Below, one piece after another: positions 13,301 to 26,400 of a DNA stretch of 64,000 bases. The DNA lies in contig NC_059430.1 of NCBI RefSeq assembly GCF_021028975.2, forward strand, positions 78,430,001 to 78,494,000, written 5' to 3'. The notes under the pieces were generated by a model that made no database searches, had not been told where the DNA came from, and worked only from the letters and a program-made list of their open reading frames with translations. The DNA comes from Sphaerodactylus townsendi (Eukaryota). The first letter of the stretch is position 1; the number at the start of each line of letters is the position of its first letter. The position numbers and the translations under genes are program-made.

Positions 13301-16118
13301 CTGCCTTCCGTTTCCACACTACAAATTGCAGCACATCACAATCTGAATCCTCAGATCTCTTTCCCAGTGAATGGCCATTCATTAGAAAGCCTCCATATCA
13401 ATCTTGATGCTCAGATTAAAATTATGCAATACAATAACATTACCTGCTTACCGAATCCTTAGTATTCTTCTTCAGTGTTTCAAAATATGAGCCAAAGTTT
13501 ATGGATGGTCACAGGAAAATTACCATGATTTTGGAATATGCCTTGAATTTCTATGGCCGTTTCCGCACGGCCCCCCAGGCGCCCCCACTCCAGCAAGAAT
13601 TCTGCCGGCGTGGGGGCGGAGGCCGTTCGCACGCAAGTGTGCAGGCGGCCTCAAGAGAGGCCGGTGGATGACAGGCGGTTCTCCAGGGGTCAGAGGACAG
13701 TGAGGGAGGGGTTTCAGAGGCCAGCAGGCCGACGACGGGGACAAGGTGAGTGGGACAGGGAAGGGAAACAGCGTGTTCCTGGCGGTGCTGTTCGCACCGC
13801 GCCGCCGGGAAGACGCTGTTCCCTCAAAAACAACCCTTTAAAGGGTTGTTTTTTAGGGTGGCCTGACGCCGCCCTGAGGGAGGGGAAGGGCAGCCAGGTC
13901 GGTGCTGCTGCATTTCAGCAGCGCCGCCTGTGCGAACGGTGGCCTGGGGGCAGCGTTTTTACCGCCCCCAGGCCGCCGTTTTTGGCCCATGCAGAAACGG
14001 CCTATGAAAAACAAAATTGGCACTTTCTAATTGGATCCTTTGGAAAAGTACAGCTTAGTGGGCTAGGGACAGGTAAGCCAAATAGAAAGTGATTCATAGA
14101 ATTGGAGACTGGCCCTTTGCAGAAAAGTTCCCAATAGGCTAGTGTCCTGGAGCCAACAACAAACCAGTAGTCAACAGCAAACTAAATTAATTGGCCCCTA
14201 TGATGCTGGGAGCGCCACAGGGTGCAATCACTTCGGACCCAGATCATTGTTACCATGACAGTGGATGCGACTATGCCTGTGTTCATTGCTACAATATGAG
14301 ACCAAACTGAGCATGTTCTAGTGCTCTGCAGTGGCCAGTTGGCTTGGCTTGCTCCAGGGCTGTTTTGACATTGCAGTGTGTTCCTGCATATAGCATATAA
14401 CATTCTACCATGGTAATCACTGAAAAAGTGCCATGAGGTACATATGGATCATGATTAGGGTTGCCAATTTTGGGAAATTCGGTGGTGAGGTTTAGAGAGG
14501 GTGGGGATTGGGGAGGAGAGGGACCTCAGCAGGCTAAAATGCCATAGAGTGCCCTCTAAAGCAGCTATTTTATTTGGGGGAACTGATTTCTCTAGTCTGA
14601 AGATTACTTGTAATACCAGGAGATCTCCAGGCCCCATGTGGAGGTTGGAAGCTCTAACTATGATTCCCATATTATCCCCAGTTCAACCATATGGCTGCAC
14701 AAGAACTCCTGACTTGGGCTTATCTTTGTTGTTACTGCAAAGTAACAGATCTTATGGTTTAATTATCTAGAATCCCATGTATACCCATCATCAAAACATC
14801 TTCTCTGCTTTCCAGCCTTTCCAAAGCCTACCTGTCAGATTTGTCCAGCAGTTGAGGAATCCCTTTCATATAAGAATGTGGTGGACCTTCTTTGCATCAA
14901 TGACTTTGGTAAGTTTTTATATAAGCAGACTTAGAGCGTGAATGCATAGGCTTTCATTTTGAAACTTATTCAAAATGGCCATATACAATGGTTTGGTGAG
15001 GGAGGGTGAGATGAAAATTGGATCTTATTGAAGTTAGAGGAGGTTGTAACCAGGTGTATAAATTTGATGCAGATAAATGTCAGAGTATTTGAGACATTCT
15101 TATACATGCTAGAAATGAACCAAAATCTTTTCATTGGTCAGATGCACAAGAAGAGCTCAGTTGTTGTATTGCAGTGATTTAGCAAATAATACGGCAAAGG
15201 TGCAAGTATGCTGCTTTGTAGAACTTTACTAGATAACAAATAAAGTTACACTAAACATAGGAACAGCCAACTCTGTTTCTGCAAGTGTTTAGTCTGGGTG
15301 TATGTGCAGTCTATATGTGCCTGTGTCTGCCTTTTGCTGCTTTGGCTGAAAGAAGAAGCAGAGAGACATTTCCAGAAAATCATATGATTCCAACCATGTG
15401 ATTTCAACAGTTAACTCTTGCTTGACTGAATGAAGCAGGTACTTGTAAAATCTTAACATAAGTTCAATATGAAAACCTCCTTTTGTTTCTAATACAAACT
15501 ATTGGCTTGGAACCAGCAAAGGTTGTCTGCAGATGGCAGGGAACAGTATTCACTAATTTGCCAAAAACCTCTTATGCTGTTCCTGGGAGTCCTCTGTCCC
15601 AGCAACAGCATTTCAAGGGCCATTGGGGCTGGCAAGGTGAAGAAGAAGCATGAAAAACTTTCTCTAGTAACATAAGTCCTTTATATCAGTGGAAATTACT
15701 GCTAATGCAGAATTGTCCATTATTTCTTAACTAGCCACATTCACAGCATTCTGCAAAACTGCTATAGGAGAAGTGGCCCACACATTTCTTTCTTTTTCCT
15801 CTCACAGCAATGAAGGTGAAACTTTCTAGGAAACGAATTGTCTTCAGCATTCAACAATATAACGTCAACTGCCAGGCAGTATTCATTACTCCAAACTTGG
15901 TCTTGCCTTATGATGCTTGCAGTGTGATGGAACAGTGGCTGCTGGTCAATGAAGATTGTACTCAGAAGATGACCCATTCTCACCATCCCATGGTGTACCT
16001 CATTGTGGGGTCAACTGTGGAAAGTAATGTGTTAGTGCACCGAGTGTACCGCTGGCCAGAATGGAATTCCCAGCTAACCCTGTTAACATGGAAGTTGAGG
16101 CAACATAAATGTATATAG
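9353..16118 (+). CDS. szl: Sizzled (secreted frizzled-related protein family; Tolloid/BMP1 inhibitor), 282 aa, 4 coding exons
   Basis: Exons 9353-9627, 11737-11906, 14816-14908, 15808-16118; all GT-AG, phase-compatible, 849 nt. Signal peptide, then CRD LSTKCVAIPQEMSICHDVGYSEMRLPNLMGHT...LFAPICLDTFIQPCRSMCVAVRDSC..VLGCHG..WP.SLDCDRFP, then NTR domain ending ...RQHKCI*. Collinear with Xenopus Sizzled as recalled (LSTKCV.IP.EM.MC.DVGYSEMRLPNLMGHT, LPYD...EQWLL.NE.C, HKC). Confidence 0.93.
10256..10303. repeat. (CT)n(CA)n compound microsatellite
   Basis: Direct reading. Confidence 0.95.
11950..12380 (+). mobile_element. tRNA/L2-tail SINE interrupted by a Penelope-like fragment
   Basis: GGGTGACCTTG...GGGCTAGTCACACTCTC...CCTCACAGAGTTGTTGTGAG resumes at about 12301 with CACTTTGGATCCCCATTG...AATGAAGTAAATAAATA. 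Similar copies at about 42040-42190 and 51585-51795. Confidence 0.6.
12100..12300 (+). mobile_element. Penelope-like terminal repeat with inverted degenerate left arm; hammerhead motif 12177-12219
   Basis: Perfect 24-bp palindrome ATCTTCAGAGGATCCTCTGAAGAT (12165-12188). Right arm TCCT-CTGAAGA-TGCCAGCCACAGATGCAGGT-GAAA-TGTC-AGGA...GAAAGCCTTCGACAA. Confidence 0.8.
13555..14002. mobile_element. CpG-rich PIF/Harbinger-type non-autonomous element
   Basis: TIRs GGCCGTTTCCGCACGG / CCATGCAGAAACGGCC; 3-bp TSD TAT (13552-13554, 14003-14005); related to 26863-27465. Confidence 0.8.
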
Positions 16119-17890
16119 CTTATAATTTTAGGTTTTGTGATTTGTACACTTTAGAGTTCTACAAGCTTAGCATGAAGCTATGAAGCTATGAACATATTGA
16201 GGACCCCCACTCATTTAAATTAAAGGAGCCAATCTGAAGATCATTTTCTGTTGATTTGAGTGAGGAAGACACTGAGAGAGAGCAATTACTTGAATCCAGT
16301 GGAGAATTTCTGTGAATGGAAAGGTCGCTCATTATCATTGAGCTGACCCTCCTGTTGCAGAACTCCGACTCTCCATCTCACTCCGTTCCTGGGATTCACT
16401 TTTCTACCAGGAGAAGCATTTCAGGGGATATTATGAATTACAGAGGGAATGGGGAGGAGGGAAGTCGCTGTCTCCTGACAGAAAACCCTATGGAAATTAC
16501 CAGTGCATCAAAGCCTACATCCATATTGGATCTCGTTGCCTAGAACAGAGCAACAGATCAGGACAAAGACAATTTTGCAAGTGCATTAAAAGTTGAATGT
16601 AAAACTTTTACCACAACTTATGTTTGTGAAGTAAGATAGAAGAGCAAAAGTTTTCTGCCTTGGTAGCATTCTTAGTGTGAACATTTTTCTGTGTGTATGC
16701 TTCAGTAAGATTTCATTTTAACAAAATGTATAGATATTCTTTCATCAGGATCTTTTTGGGAAAAGTACTATATATTTATAAAGTATTGTTAGAAATACTT
16801 ATGAAATTCATAATGCTTTGTGTTACCTTCATAGTGTTGAGATATCTACTATTTTATTTATCTGTCTATGAAGTTTACAATATATTCAAGTACGAAAATG
16901 GAACAGCCCTCTCCTCACATATACCCCTGTTGACAAATTACGCACAATGAGCATACAAACAACATACAACACTATAACCATTACACTCAGCTAACTGTAA
17001 ATTGTTTACATATTGCCACATACCACTAAGGTTCTTGTGGTGGTATACAAAAAGGAAAGTAGTCAATAAAATGAAAGATGATTCATGTATGAAAAATGTG
17101 TCACTCTCCATATGTCACATGTCCATGGACAAATCAGCAACAGAATTTTCTTGTGGAAGTTAAAATGAGAATCAATCCTAGCCCTAATTATCACATTACT
17201 CTAAATTAACCCTTGAAACAAGCAACATCTGTAGACAGTTGCCTGAACAAAGCACTGACTTAAAGTATATAATCAATATATTTTCCTCAATGCAACCTGG
17301 CAACCAAATTCAACCATGTGACAACAACAGGCAATAGCTACCTGCTGCAGATTAGCATTTCTATTTCAAAATATTTTGGCTGAGGTTTTGTCAGGTTAAC
17401 ACCTGTATAGTGAGTGAAACAAGTAATCCCAGAGGAGATAAAACAGAGTTCTGCATATGTATTCTTCATAGGACTGATGTTTTCTTTGCTCAAGAACCTG
17501 AGACCACAGAAGGTGAAAGCTATTGGAAGATGGCAATTTTAAAAAACCCAAATTGGTTAGTTCCCCTCTAGCTTTCTAGAAGAACTCTGTAGTATCATTG
17601 TTAGCCGTCTTAGGTGTTGATACTGGGACTAAACTGGGATATAAATAAGAGCTCTATAAAGAAACAACCATATACATCACATTTTTATCTTCCACGGAGC
17701 TCAGGACAGCGATAATTATTCTCACCTCCATTTTATCCTCACAACCATCATGTGAGGTCAATCAGGTTGTAAGTGTGACTGCTCCAAGGTCATCTACTAA
17801 TCTTCATGATTAAGCAGGTCTCAATGGTTCTAGGGGTAAACAGGTCTACCCACCATGACTGTTTCTATTGCTGAAAATGATCCTGGAGAG

Positions 17891-18981
17891 CAGGGGCGTA
17901 CCTAGGCAAACTTGAGCCCTGGGCAAAACCTGAGTTTGATGCCCCCCCCCCCCACGGGTGGCCCCCACCATGACCAAACAATAATTTTTTCCACCAGGTC
18001 GTTTCAAAGTCACCATCACATTATAGAACATCCCCCAACTCACAAATCTGAACATAGCAATGGGCCATGCCACACAGTCGAAATAATATTTGGAAAACAT
18101 TTTTCAAAAATGCTTTCAAAATGTTTTATTACTGCTATGAAGTAAACATTTTGTATGGTGTGTTGTATCCAGTCCCCCCAATTGGGGGAAACAGCATCAC
18201 TTTCAATGTTATTTAGACTGGGGGGGCCCAGACTCCTCCCTTTTAAGGTGGATTTAAAAGGAGAATCTGGGCTCCCTGGTTTAAACAAGTGATGCTGGAA
18301 TCCACCCCCAAACAGCAATTTCATTTTTTTTAAATGGTGTTTAAACTGGGACCCTCAGATCTCTCCCTTGAAATCCACATGCCTAAGGGGTAGATTTAAC
18401 AACAACAACAACAACAACAACAAACCCTTTATTAGGGCACTCGAGAGAATAAAAAGAAAAGAAAGAAAACAAGCATTGGTGGGAAGGGAGTGAATTTTAA
18501 AAAAGAGAATCTGGGGAAATTTAGGGGTGCTCTGTTGTCAGGGGTGCAATTAGTTAAGATATAGCACCAAAATTTCATCAGAGGTGTCTTTTGTGAGACC
18601 CTTACTGATGATAACACCCAGATTTGGTGTGAAGTTTGTACCAGGGGGGTCCAAACTGTTATGGACCCCTCAAAGGTGTAGCCCCCCCATCTCCTATTAG
18701 CTCCCATTGGAAACAATGGAGGATGGGCACTCCCTTTGGGAGTCCATAACTTTGGACTCCCTAAACCAAACCTCACCAAACCTGGGTGACATCATCAGGA
18801 GAGTCTCCCAAAAAATCCCTGAAATTTTGGTGCTGCTAGCCTAAAATCTGCGCCCCCTGCAGGCCAAAAACGGAAAAACACTGAAAATACAAAATCCCTC
18901 ACAAACCTGCAATTTTCTCGCCCACCACAAGGTGGCGCCCAGGGCAGCTGCCCACTTTGCCCAATGGGAGGTACGCCTCTG
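17891..18981. mobile_element. Non-autonomous hAT element (1091 bp)
   Basis: TIRs CAGGGGCGTACCT / AGGTACGCCTCTG; perfect 8-bp TSD CTGGAGAG (17883-17890, 18982-18989); internal modules shared with 23645-24628 and 40610-41268. Confidence 0.9.
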
Positions 18982-19149
18982 CTGGAGAGAAGCTTGAAGC
19001 TCTTTCTCCTCCCTCACAGTACTCCCAAACCTGATGGTGTAGCAAAACTCTTTGAAGATGAATCCCCCCATCATACATGTATCCTGAACCAAGACCAGCC
19101 GTGTGTCACATGTGTTGTGTATTTTGGATCTAAATAAATACATTGTAAA

Positions 19150-19220
19150 GTGAAGGAAGGAGTGAAGGAGTAAAAAGTGAAGGAGTAAAAAGTGAAGGAG
19201 AAAAAAGTGAAGGAGAAAAA
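19150..19220. repeat. Short tandem repeat (GTGAAGGAGTAAAAA)n
   Basis: About four copies of a ~15-bp purine-rich unit. Confidence 0.85.
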
Positions 19221-20379
19221 GGAAACAACCAAAAGGAAACAACCAAAGCAGGAGGAAGAGAGGGAAGGAAAAGAATGAACATAGGCAACTAGGGTTGCCA
19301 GGTTTTACTGGCCATGTATGGAGTGGGGTGGGGGGTAGGCTGGTCAGATCCATGTTGGGATTTGGGGATGGAGCCTGAGGAGAACAGGGACCATAATGAA
19401 TACAGTGCCACACAGTCCACCCACTAACACATACATTTTCTCCAGGGGAACTGATATCTGTAATCTGGAGATGAGCTGTAATTCCAGGAGAGCTCTAGGT
19501 TTTGCCTGGAGGCTATCATCCCTATAGGTAACACAAAATAATTGTAAATGGTAAAAGCAGACACTCTGCAAAACCTATTCCCCTGCTTTGAGTCAGAAAT
19601 AGATAGTCATAGAAATACATATAGAATTAGGATAAGGGTAAGGTACAAATTCTAGGATATTTGAAGGCCTCCAATTTTTAAATTCAATTATTGCCACAAA
19701 GACAGGAAAACCAGTCCAATCTATTTTGACCAAGATAAATTCACTACTTTCTAAATACAGGCTCACTTTTAAATTTGTAAGCGCACAGTGAGTCAGTTGT
19801 GCTGCTGACCTCAACAAAGAGTGCCGCACAAGTGTAGGCACACCTGCTAAACTGACCACATTCCTCTATTAATGTAGAAACTGATTACATTGAGGACACT
19901 TGGACAACTGGCAGCTCCAGCCAGGATGTAACTCTTCCACAATTAAGGGCCCTGACATGCCTGAGGAGGGAGGGGCCAAGGTGGAGTGCAGATCAGGGCC
20001 AGATTTCCTGTTTAGAAAGAGGTGGTATGTGGGTGGCAACAAGGGAGGAAACTGATGTTTTATGCTCAGGAAGTCTCAAGCTTGTTTACATGTGCCTGTC
20101 TGATTGAAAGGAAGGAAGACTGGGATTCCTTGGTCTTTATACTCTGAGCATAAAATTCACACTGACCTGTCTGTATCCAGTTTTGAAGCAATATTGTTTT
20201 AATATAAATGTCACAAAAAGTTAACTAGGCAAAATTCTAGGAATGTTTTGCTAGTATTAATAGCCAGCATGGCATACTGGTTAGAGTGTCTGGCTAATAT
20301 CTGGGAGATCCAGGTTCAAATCTCCACTGTGCTGTGGAAGCTTGTCTGGCTCTCAGTTTTATCTACCTCCAGTAAAGCA

Positions 20380-20570
20380 ATATAATTACTGCAGCAGTCC
20401 CTTGTCAATTTCCTCCTGCAAAAGCAAGTTCCATAATCAATTTCACTTGCTCCTAACAGCTGACACATTGTAACTTCACCTTAAGGTGACATCACTCATT
20501 TGGGATGAAATTGACAAAGCTGATTCAATCAACCTGGCTTGTGTCTGTGCCATTATATTGCTACTGTGAC
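20380..20570 (+). repeat. Unclassified dispersed repeat; inverted copy at about 30200-30365
   Basis: CAGTCCCTTGTCAATTTCCTCCTGCAAAAGCAA...TCAATTTCACTTGCTCCT...CAATCAACCTGGCTTGTGT matches the reverse complement of about 30200-30365. Confidence 0.75.
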
Positions 20571-21624
20571 AGGAAATTTTTAAAAAATGCAAAAATTTTG
20601 GATAAGTGGGAGGAGAAAATGACTGAAAGGGAGGTTGGGCGACTACCCAGGAGTGTAAATAAGGTGTTTTGTGGGGCAGGTGTTTTGTGGGGCAGGAAAA
20701 CAAATACTGTTTCAACCTGATCCCATGCTCAAGGGAAGCTGGCTTTGAAATGGATCAAAAAACATTGTGGTAAAAGTGCCCAGGAGAATAGCTCGTGTGT
20801 GTGTGGGGTGTGTGTGTGTGTGTGTGACAAGGAAATGTTTACAGAACCAAATGGAGGAAAAAACATGCAGAATCGAAAGAAAAAAACAGCATTTGGTGGC
20901 AAGATACATTGTAAACAACTTATGTGGAAAAGACCCCAGTATGGAGGGGATTCCAGAATGCATTTCTGGACATTACAGAGAAGTGCAATGAACAAAAGTT
21001 TCACAGAGATTCCATTTCTTTTCCACTTGTATTACTCTCCATAATACTTGGGCAGCTGTACCAGGTGGGCTCTTAAAAGACAGTCCCAAAATGTTTGTCC
21101 AGATCGCAGTTATTACAAGAAGCACAGGAGGATTTGGCCCTCAGTCAGTGCAAGGTGTTGCCAGTAGTACAACTGGAGACATTGCTCCCTGTGGTATTTT
21201 AAGAATATAAATGTCCCTATTGACGAATTACATAGAAATTATCAGGTTTTCTCCAAAGAAACCCACTATGGATATTTTCATGGAGCCATCTGCCTAAAGA
21301 ACTCAGTCGCTGCGGGTTCTAGTTCTTGAATGGCAGCTAGCTCTGGGTGACCCTAGGTCAGGCCTTTTCTCTTAGCTGTAGCTTCTTCACAAGATTATTG
21401 TGAGGATAAAGTAAGGCATGTACACTGTCCTGGAATCCCTGCAGGGATGCTGTAAAATGTAATCAGTAAGGTTTTGTTGCACAATTTCCTCTGTCAGCTT
21501 GCCCTGAGGAGGAAAGATGTTTTGGAACACACCTTTCTCATTTGCAGTAATTGTTAGTATGACTACAACTCCCAGTGAAAGAGGTGGCCACATTTGAAGT
21601 GAATCCAATTTTGATCCGGCAACA

Positions 21625-23419
21625 ATGCAGACGATTCTCAGCTTGAGCTTATGCCTCTTCTTAACACTTTTAGCCAGAGGTGAGTATCTCATCTTATATT
21701 TTATTTTAAGTTGAAGTCCTATGCAGACTGTGTTGTTCAGATCCAGGACAAAGGTTCTAATTCAACGATATTTTTATTTCAAAATTTGATCATTGTCAGG
21801 TTAAATTATGTCTCCCAACCCCCAACTGAGCAGTGTCCCACTATGGTAAATTGACTGTGAAATTATTTTAAAAGAGACTTTTGAGGCTGTTTATTCTAGC
21901 TTTTCTGATGTGCACTTATAAACCAGCTAAAGCAGAAGCATTACTGCTCCCTCCCATCTGTTGGCATGGGCTGGTAAGCTGTTTTGAGCATTTTGGGGAA
22001 AATGTGGCTAGCAAATGTTCTCAACCCATAAATAAAATCTGAGTTATCAGTAATGGTGAAGGGCCTTGCATTGCATTTCTGGGCCTTCTCTGGAGTCAGG
22101 AGACAAATCCAGGAGTAGGAGTCTGAAAAAAAAAGCTGTGGGTAATAGATTTATGGATATGATGTCAAAAGGCAGGTAATTCTTGAAAAAATTGGGTGGT
22201 TATCCCTAGATCAGATTTCAAGCTGATACCTATCAGTTTGGTTTCACTATACCCATTAGTGGGACTGCTATGCTCTGAAACAGAGTGTGTGGTTTGCCTA
22301 AGGGCAGCCACCAAGCATTACTTAGTTCAGTATATCTGTTTTATCACATTTCATCCTCACTCCCAGAAAACAAGCAAGAGTCCGGCTTCCTTCGCTTTCT
22401 TTNNNNNNNNNNNNNNNNNNNNNNNNNNNNNNNNNNNNNNNNNNNNNNNNNNNNNNNNNNNNNNNNNNNNNNNNNNNNNNNNNNNNNNNNNNNNNNNNNN
22501 NNNNNNNNNNNNNNNNNNNNNNNNNNNNNNNNNNNNNNNNNNNNNNNNNNNNNNNNNNNNNNNNNNNNNNNNNNNNNNNNNNNNNNNNNNNNNNNNNNNN
22601 NNNNNNNNNNNNNNNNNNNNNNNNNNNNNNNNNNNNNNNNNNNNNNNNNNNNNNNNNNNNNNNNNNNNNNNNNNNNNNNNNNNNNNNNNNNNNNNNNNNN
22701 NNNNNNNNNNNNNNNNNNNNNNNNNNNNNNNNNNNNNNNNNNNNNNNNNNNNNNNNNNNNNNNNNNNNNNNNNNNNNNNNNNNNNNNNNNNNNNNNNNNN
22801 NNNNNNATGTATGGGGCATTTAATGACAACAAGTCAACATTTCTGAAGCCAGAAAAGAGACATGGGATTTTTAGCCACTGAGTAGGGGGAAGGACAGGGC
22901 TTCAATGGTTCTACACAGTTTACAGCTCTCTCCCTGTCATTAGGAAGCTATATAAAGTATGAAAATTGGTTCAAATTAATCTAATTTGCATAATATCACA
23001 GGTCTTGGTGGCTGAACATTCTCCTATACATACTGATTCTTTCTTACAGTAAGCATACACGGTTCTGGAGACAATTTTGAGAAATAGGTTTACAGAATGG
23101 CTTGCACAAAGCAAGACAGAATGTTTAGTAGCTGATGTTGAATAGGCATTTGACCTCTCCGCTGATTATGAATTTTCATTTTGCCATGTTTATTTAACTT
23201 GGATTAATCATAACCTGATCATTCAAGTTTGCCCTGTTGGAGTGATCATACATGTCCTCATCAGAACATGCACAAGTGGGTGATTCACAAAGACTGGGGG
23301 TGGGGGGATCTCATTTTCCTTTATATCCCTTCTCCTTTATATCCCCTTATATCCCCTTTTCCACTTTCCCTGGCAGCCCCAAAGCTTCTCCACAGTGATG
23401 TATGTATAGATTTGTTACC

Positions 23420-23456
<37 letters not shown>

Positions 23457-26400
23457 AGGGTGAGGCCACGCTCCCACCCGCCCCTGGGGGCATGGCCACA
23501 GCTCCCCAAGCCCCTCCCCTGGCCTCAGTGATTATAAAAGCAGCTCCCCAGGGCCAGGGACGGCAGACTCCCCTGCCCTGCCCGCCCCTCCACTAGCTGG
23601 GCTCCCAGCTAATAGCTGGCAGTCCCTTCTCCCTCCCATCCAGGCAGAGGTGTAGCTAGGGAAAATAGAGCCCGGTGCAAAATCTGAGGTTTGCACACAC
23701 ACACCCCCCCCCATGGGCAGCTGCTGTGATGCTGGAATCCACCCCCAAACAACATCACTTTCAATGGTGTTTAAATTAGGGAGCCCAGATTCTCCTTTTA
23801 AATCCATCTTAAAGGGAGAACCTGGGGGCCCCAGTTAAAACAACATTGAAAGTGCTGCTGTTCTGGGGTGGATTATCCCCCACCCTGAAATAGCATCACT
23901 TTCAATGTTTAAACTGGGCACCTCAGATTCTCCCTTTAAATCCATGCCGAAGGGATGGAGTTAAAAGAAGAATCTGGGGAAATTTTTTTGGGGGGGTGCC
24001 TGCTGTCAGGGGTGCAATTGTTAAGCTAGCAGCACCAAACTTTCAGGGTATCTTTAGGAGACTTCCCTGGTGATACCACCCAGGTTTGGTGAAGTTTGAT
24101 TCAGGGGGTCCAAAGTTATGGCCCCTCAAACGTGTAGCCCCCATCTTCTATTATCTCCCATTGGAAACAATGGGGGATGGGGCACCCCTTTTGGGAGTCC
24201 ATAACTTTGGACCCCCTGAACCAATATTCACCAAACTTGAGTGGTGTTAGCAGGAGACTCTCCTGATGATGCCACCTAGGTTTAGTGAATTTTGGTTCAG
24301 GAGGTCCAAAGATATGGACCCTCAAAAGAGTAGCCCCATCTACTATTAGGTCCCATTGGAAACAATGGGGGATGGGGCACCCCCTTTAGGGGTCCATAAC
24401 TTTGGACCTCCTGAACCAAACTTCACCAAACCTGGGTGGTACCGTCAGGAGTGTCACCTGACGATAGCCTGAAATTTTGGTGCTGTTAGCCTGAAAACTG
24501 CGCCCCCTGCAGGCCAAAAAATGAAAAAACACTTTAAAATACAAAAAACTCAAAAACGGGCGGGCGGAGCTTTGGACATGCAATGGGGGGAGGTTGAACC
24601 CGAGAACCCCCCCTTACCTACGTCCTTGCGAAGTTCTCCATTTTCCTTATTGCCTTTTTTTCTTCCCAATTACCAGCCAACCTACCACAGCCACACAGCC
24701 TGGAAAAGCCACCACAACTACCTTCATCTATTCCTGTCCTTCTCTCCCCCTGCTGGCAGACCCAGGAAAAGTGTTGACTTGTATTGTGGATACAATCATT
24801 GGCCTGGGTTGTATAGGTAGTGAGTTTCAGTGGTTGTCAGTGGGCTTGTCCCCAGCATCCTCCCCCATCAGGTGATGTGACAAGGAGAAGGATGAGAACT
24901 TTTCCAGCAATAGTTTGACTTCTAATTTATAGAAATGTAAGCTTGGAAGGCTCAGCAGCAGCATTGTTGTGGTTGTCCAGAAAACTCCAAAATGAACATA
25001 GAGAGTTCAATGTGCATTCTTTTAATAAAATTAGACATTGCTTTGATTATTATTATTTTTTTGCAGACTAGGGACTATCTGTTCTCATTTTTTTGCAGAC
25101 TAGGGACTATCTGTTCTCATTTCCATTTTGTGGATCTATTAATCATATATGCTGTGGTTCAATTTGAAATTTATATATGAAAAGCAAAAGTTCCACAGCT
25201 CTCTTTCTCCAATTTGCAGTTCAGCCTAGCCTAGCCGAGAGCATGTGCCAGGTCTGAAGGTGAGACTGTTTGAACTCAGTCTGAGCTCATAAACATGCCT
25301 GTTTTTTGAAAGAAAAATGGATTGGGACTCATTTGTAGGAACCCCCCCCCCCACACACACACACACTGTGATGCACCTTTTGCTCCTAGTAGAAACCAAA
25401 AATAATACCTCATGATGTCGCTCTAACCTAAGGGAGGTAAAAATCAGTCCTCTGTATTTTCACTTCTTTAATGTTAAATGCAATCACAAACAGTTTATGT
25501 AACTCACTTTATTTTCCTGTCCAGCACTTAAGACACACAATTATATACTCAGGTTGCCAGTCCCCACCTCCATCCCAAGAGACAGGAAATCCTCTGCCCC
25601 TGGTTCTTATTTCTGGCTGCCACTTGGAGTAAATAAAATGGCCTTTGGGCTGATGTCATTTCTTGGGAAATCCCAGAAGCGGTGAAAGTCTTCTCTAGGA
25701 ATTGCAAGAAATACTGTGGTTTTCCAACATAGTTCCTGGTGATTCCTAGGTAAGATATCACTTCCAGGTTTCTTCAGAACTGACATCATGCCATCAGCCC
25801 AATGACCCTCACCGTGTGCCTGTCCACTGGTCTCCCGCTGGTTGTTAAGCCATTCCTGGTAACCCTAATGCACACTCATCTGTTCAACTACCAACTCATC
25901 TGTTCAGTATAGGGATAGTTTTGTATCTATGGTTCAACAAAATAAATGTAAGACCTTAAGAGAAACTTCAGACCTTTGTATCTAGTTACATGCTGTTATT
26001 TCTTCCCAGTAGGGTAGCGAATACTGGGGAAATATCAAAAATAAATAAGGTAAAATGAAGCAGGATAATATGTAGCCATTATTTTATTTCCTAGGGACTG
26101 CACTGCAGTGTGAAATCTGCACAGGCCTAGGCCACAACTGTACTGGTAAGATAGAGACCTGTCCTCCTGATCATGACTTTTGCGGCACCACATTGTTTGA
26201 AAGTAAACATGGTAAGCAACTGAGATAAAATTTCTTTCTTGCTCAGATTTGGATATGTTTTTAAGGTTTTACGTTTATAATTTGAATTTTTAAAACCATA
26301 ACTACCTGAAATAGTAATATTGTTATATCTGTTTAAGGAAGGATTGGTTAAATGCATAGCCCTACAACCATTTCCCCAGAAATCCTGGGGAAAGTAAAAG

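Noticed and set aside
13553-14092. 179-aa Arg/Gly-rich ORF
   Set aside because: Almost coincides with a GC-rich TIR element; stop-poor composition explains it; no recognisable domain.
18841-19413. 190-aa minus-strand ORF with LLHF repeats
   Set aside because: Built from a purine-rich tandem repeat and transposon ends.
22196-22881. Long ORFs of 162-216 aa (also 30367-30708)
   Set aside because: Artefacts of translating through N gaps.
23700-24520. CRISPR-like repeat array
   Set aside because: Eukaryotic DNA; intervening sequences are themselves repeated and lie inside a transposon; no cas genes.
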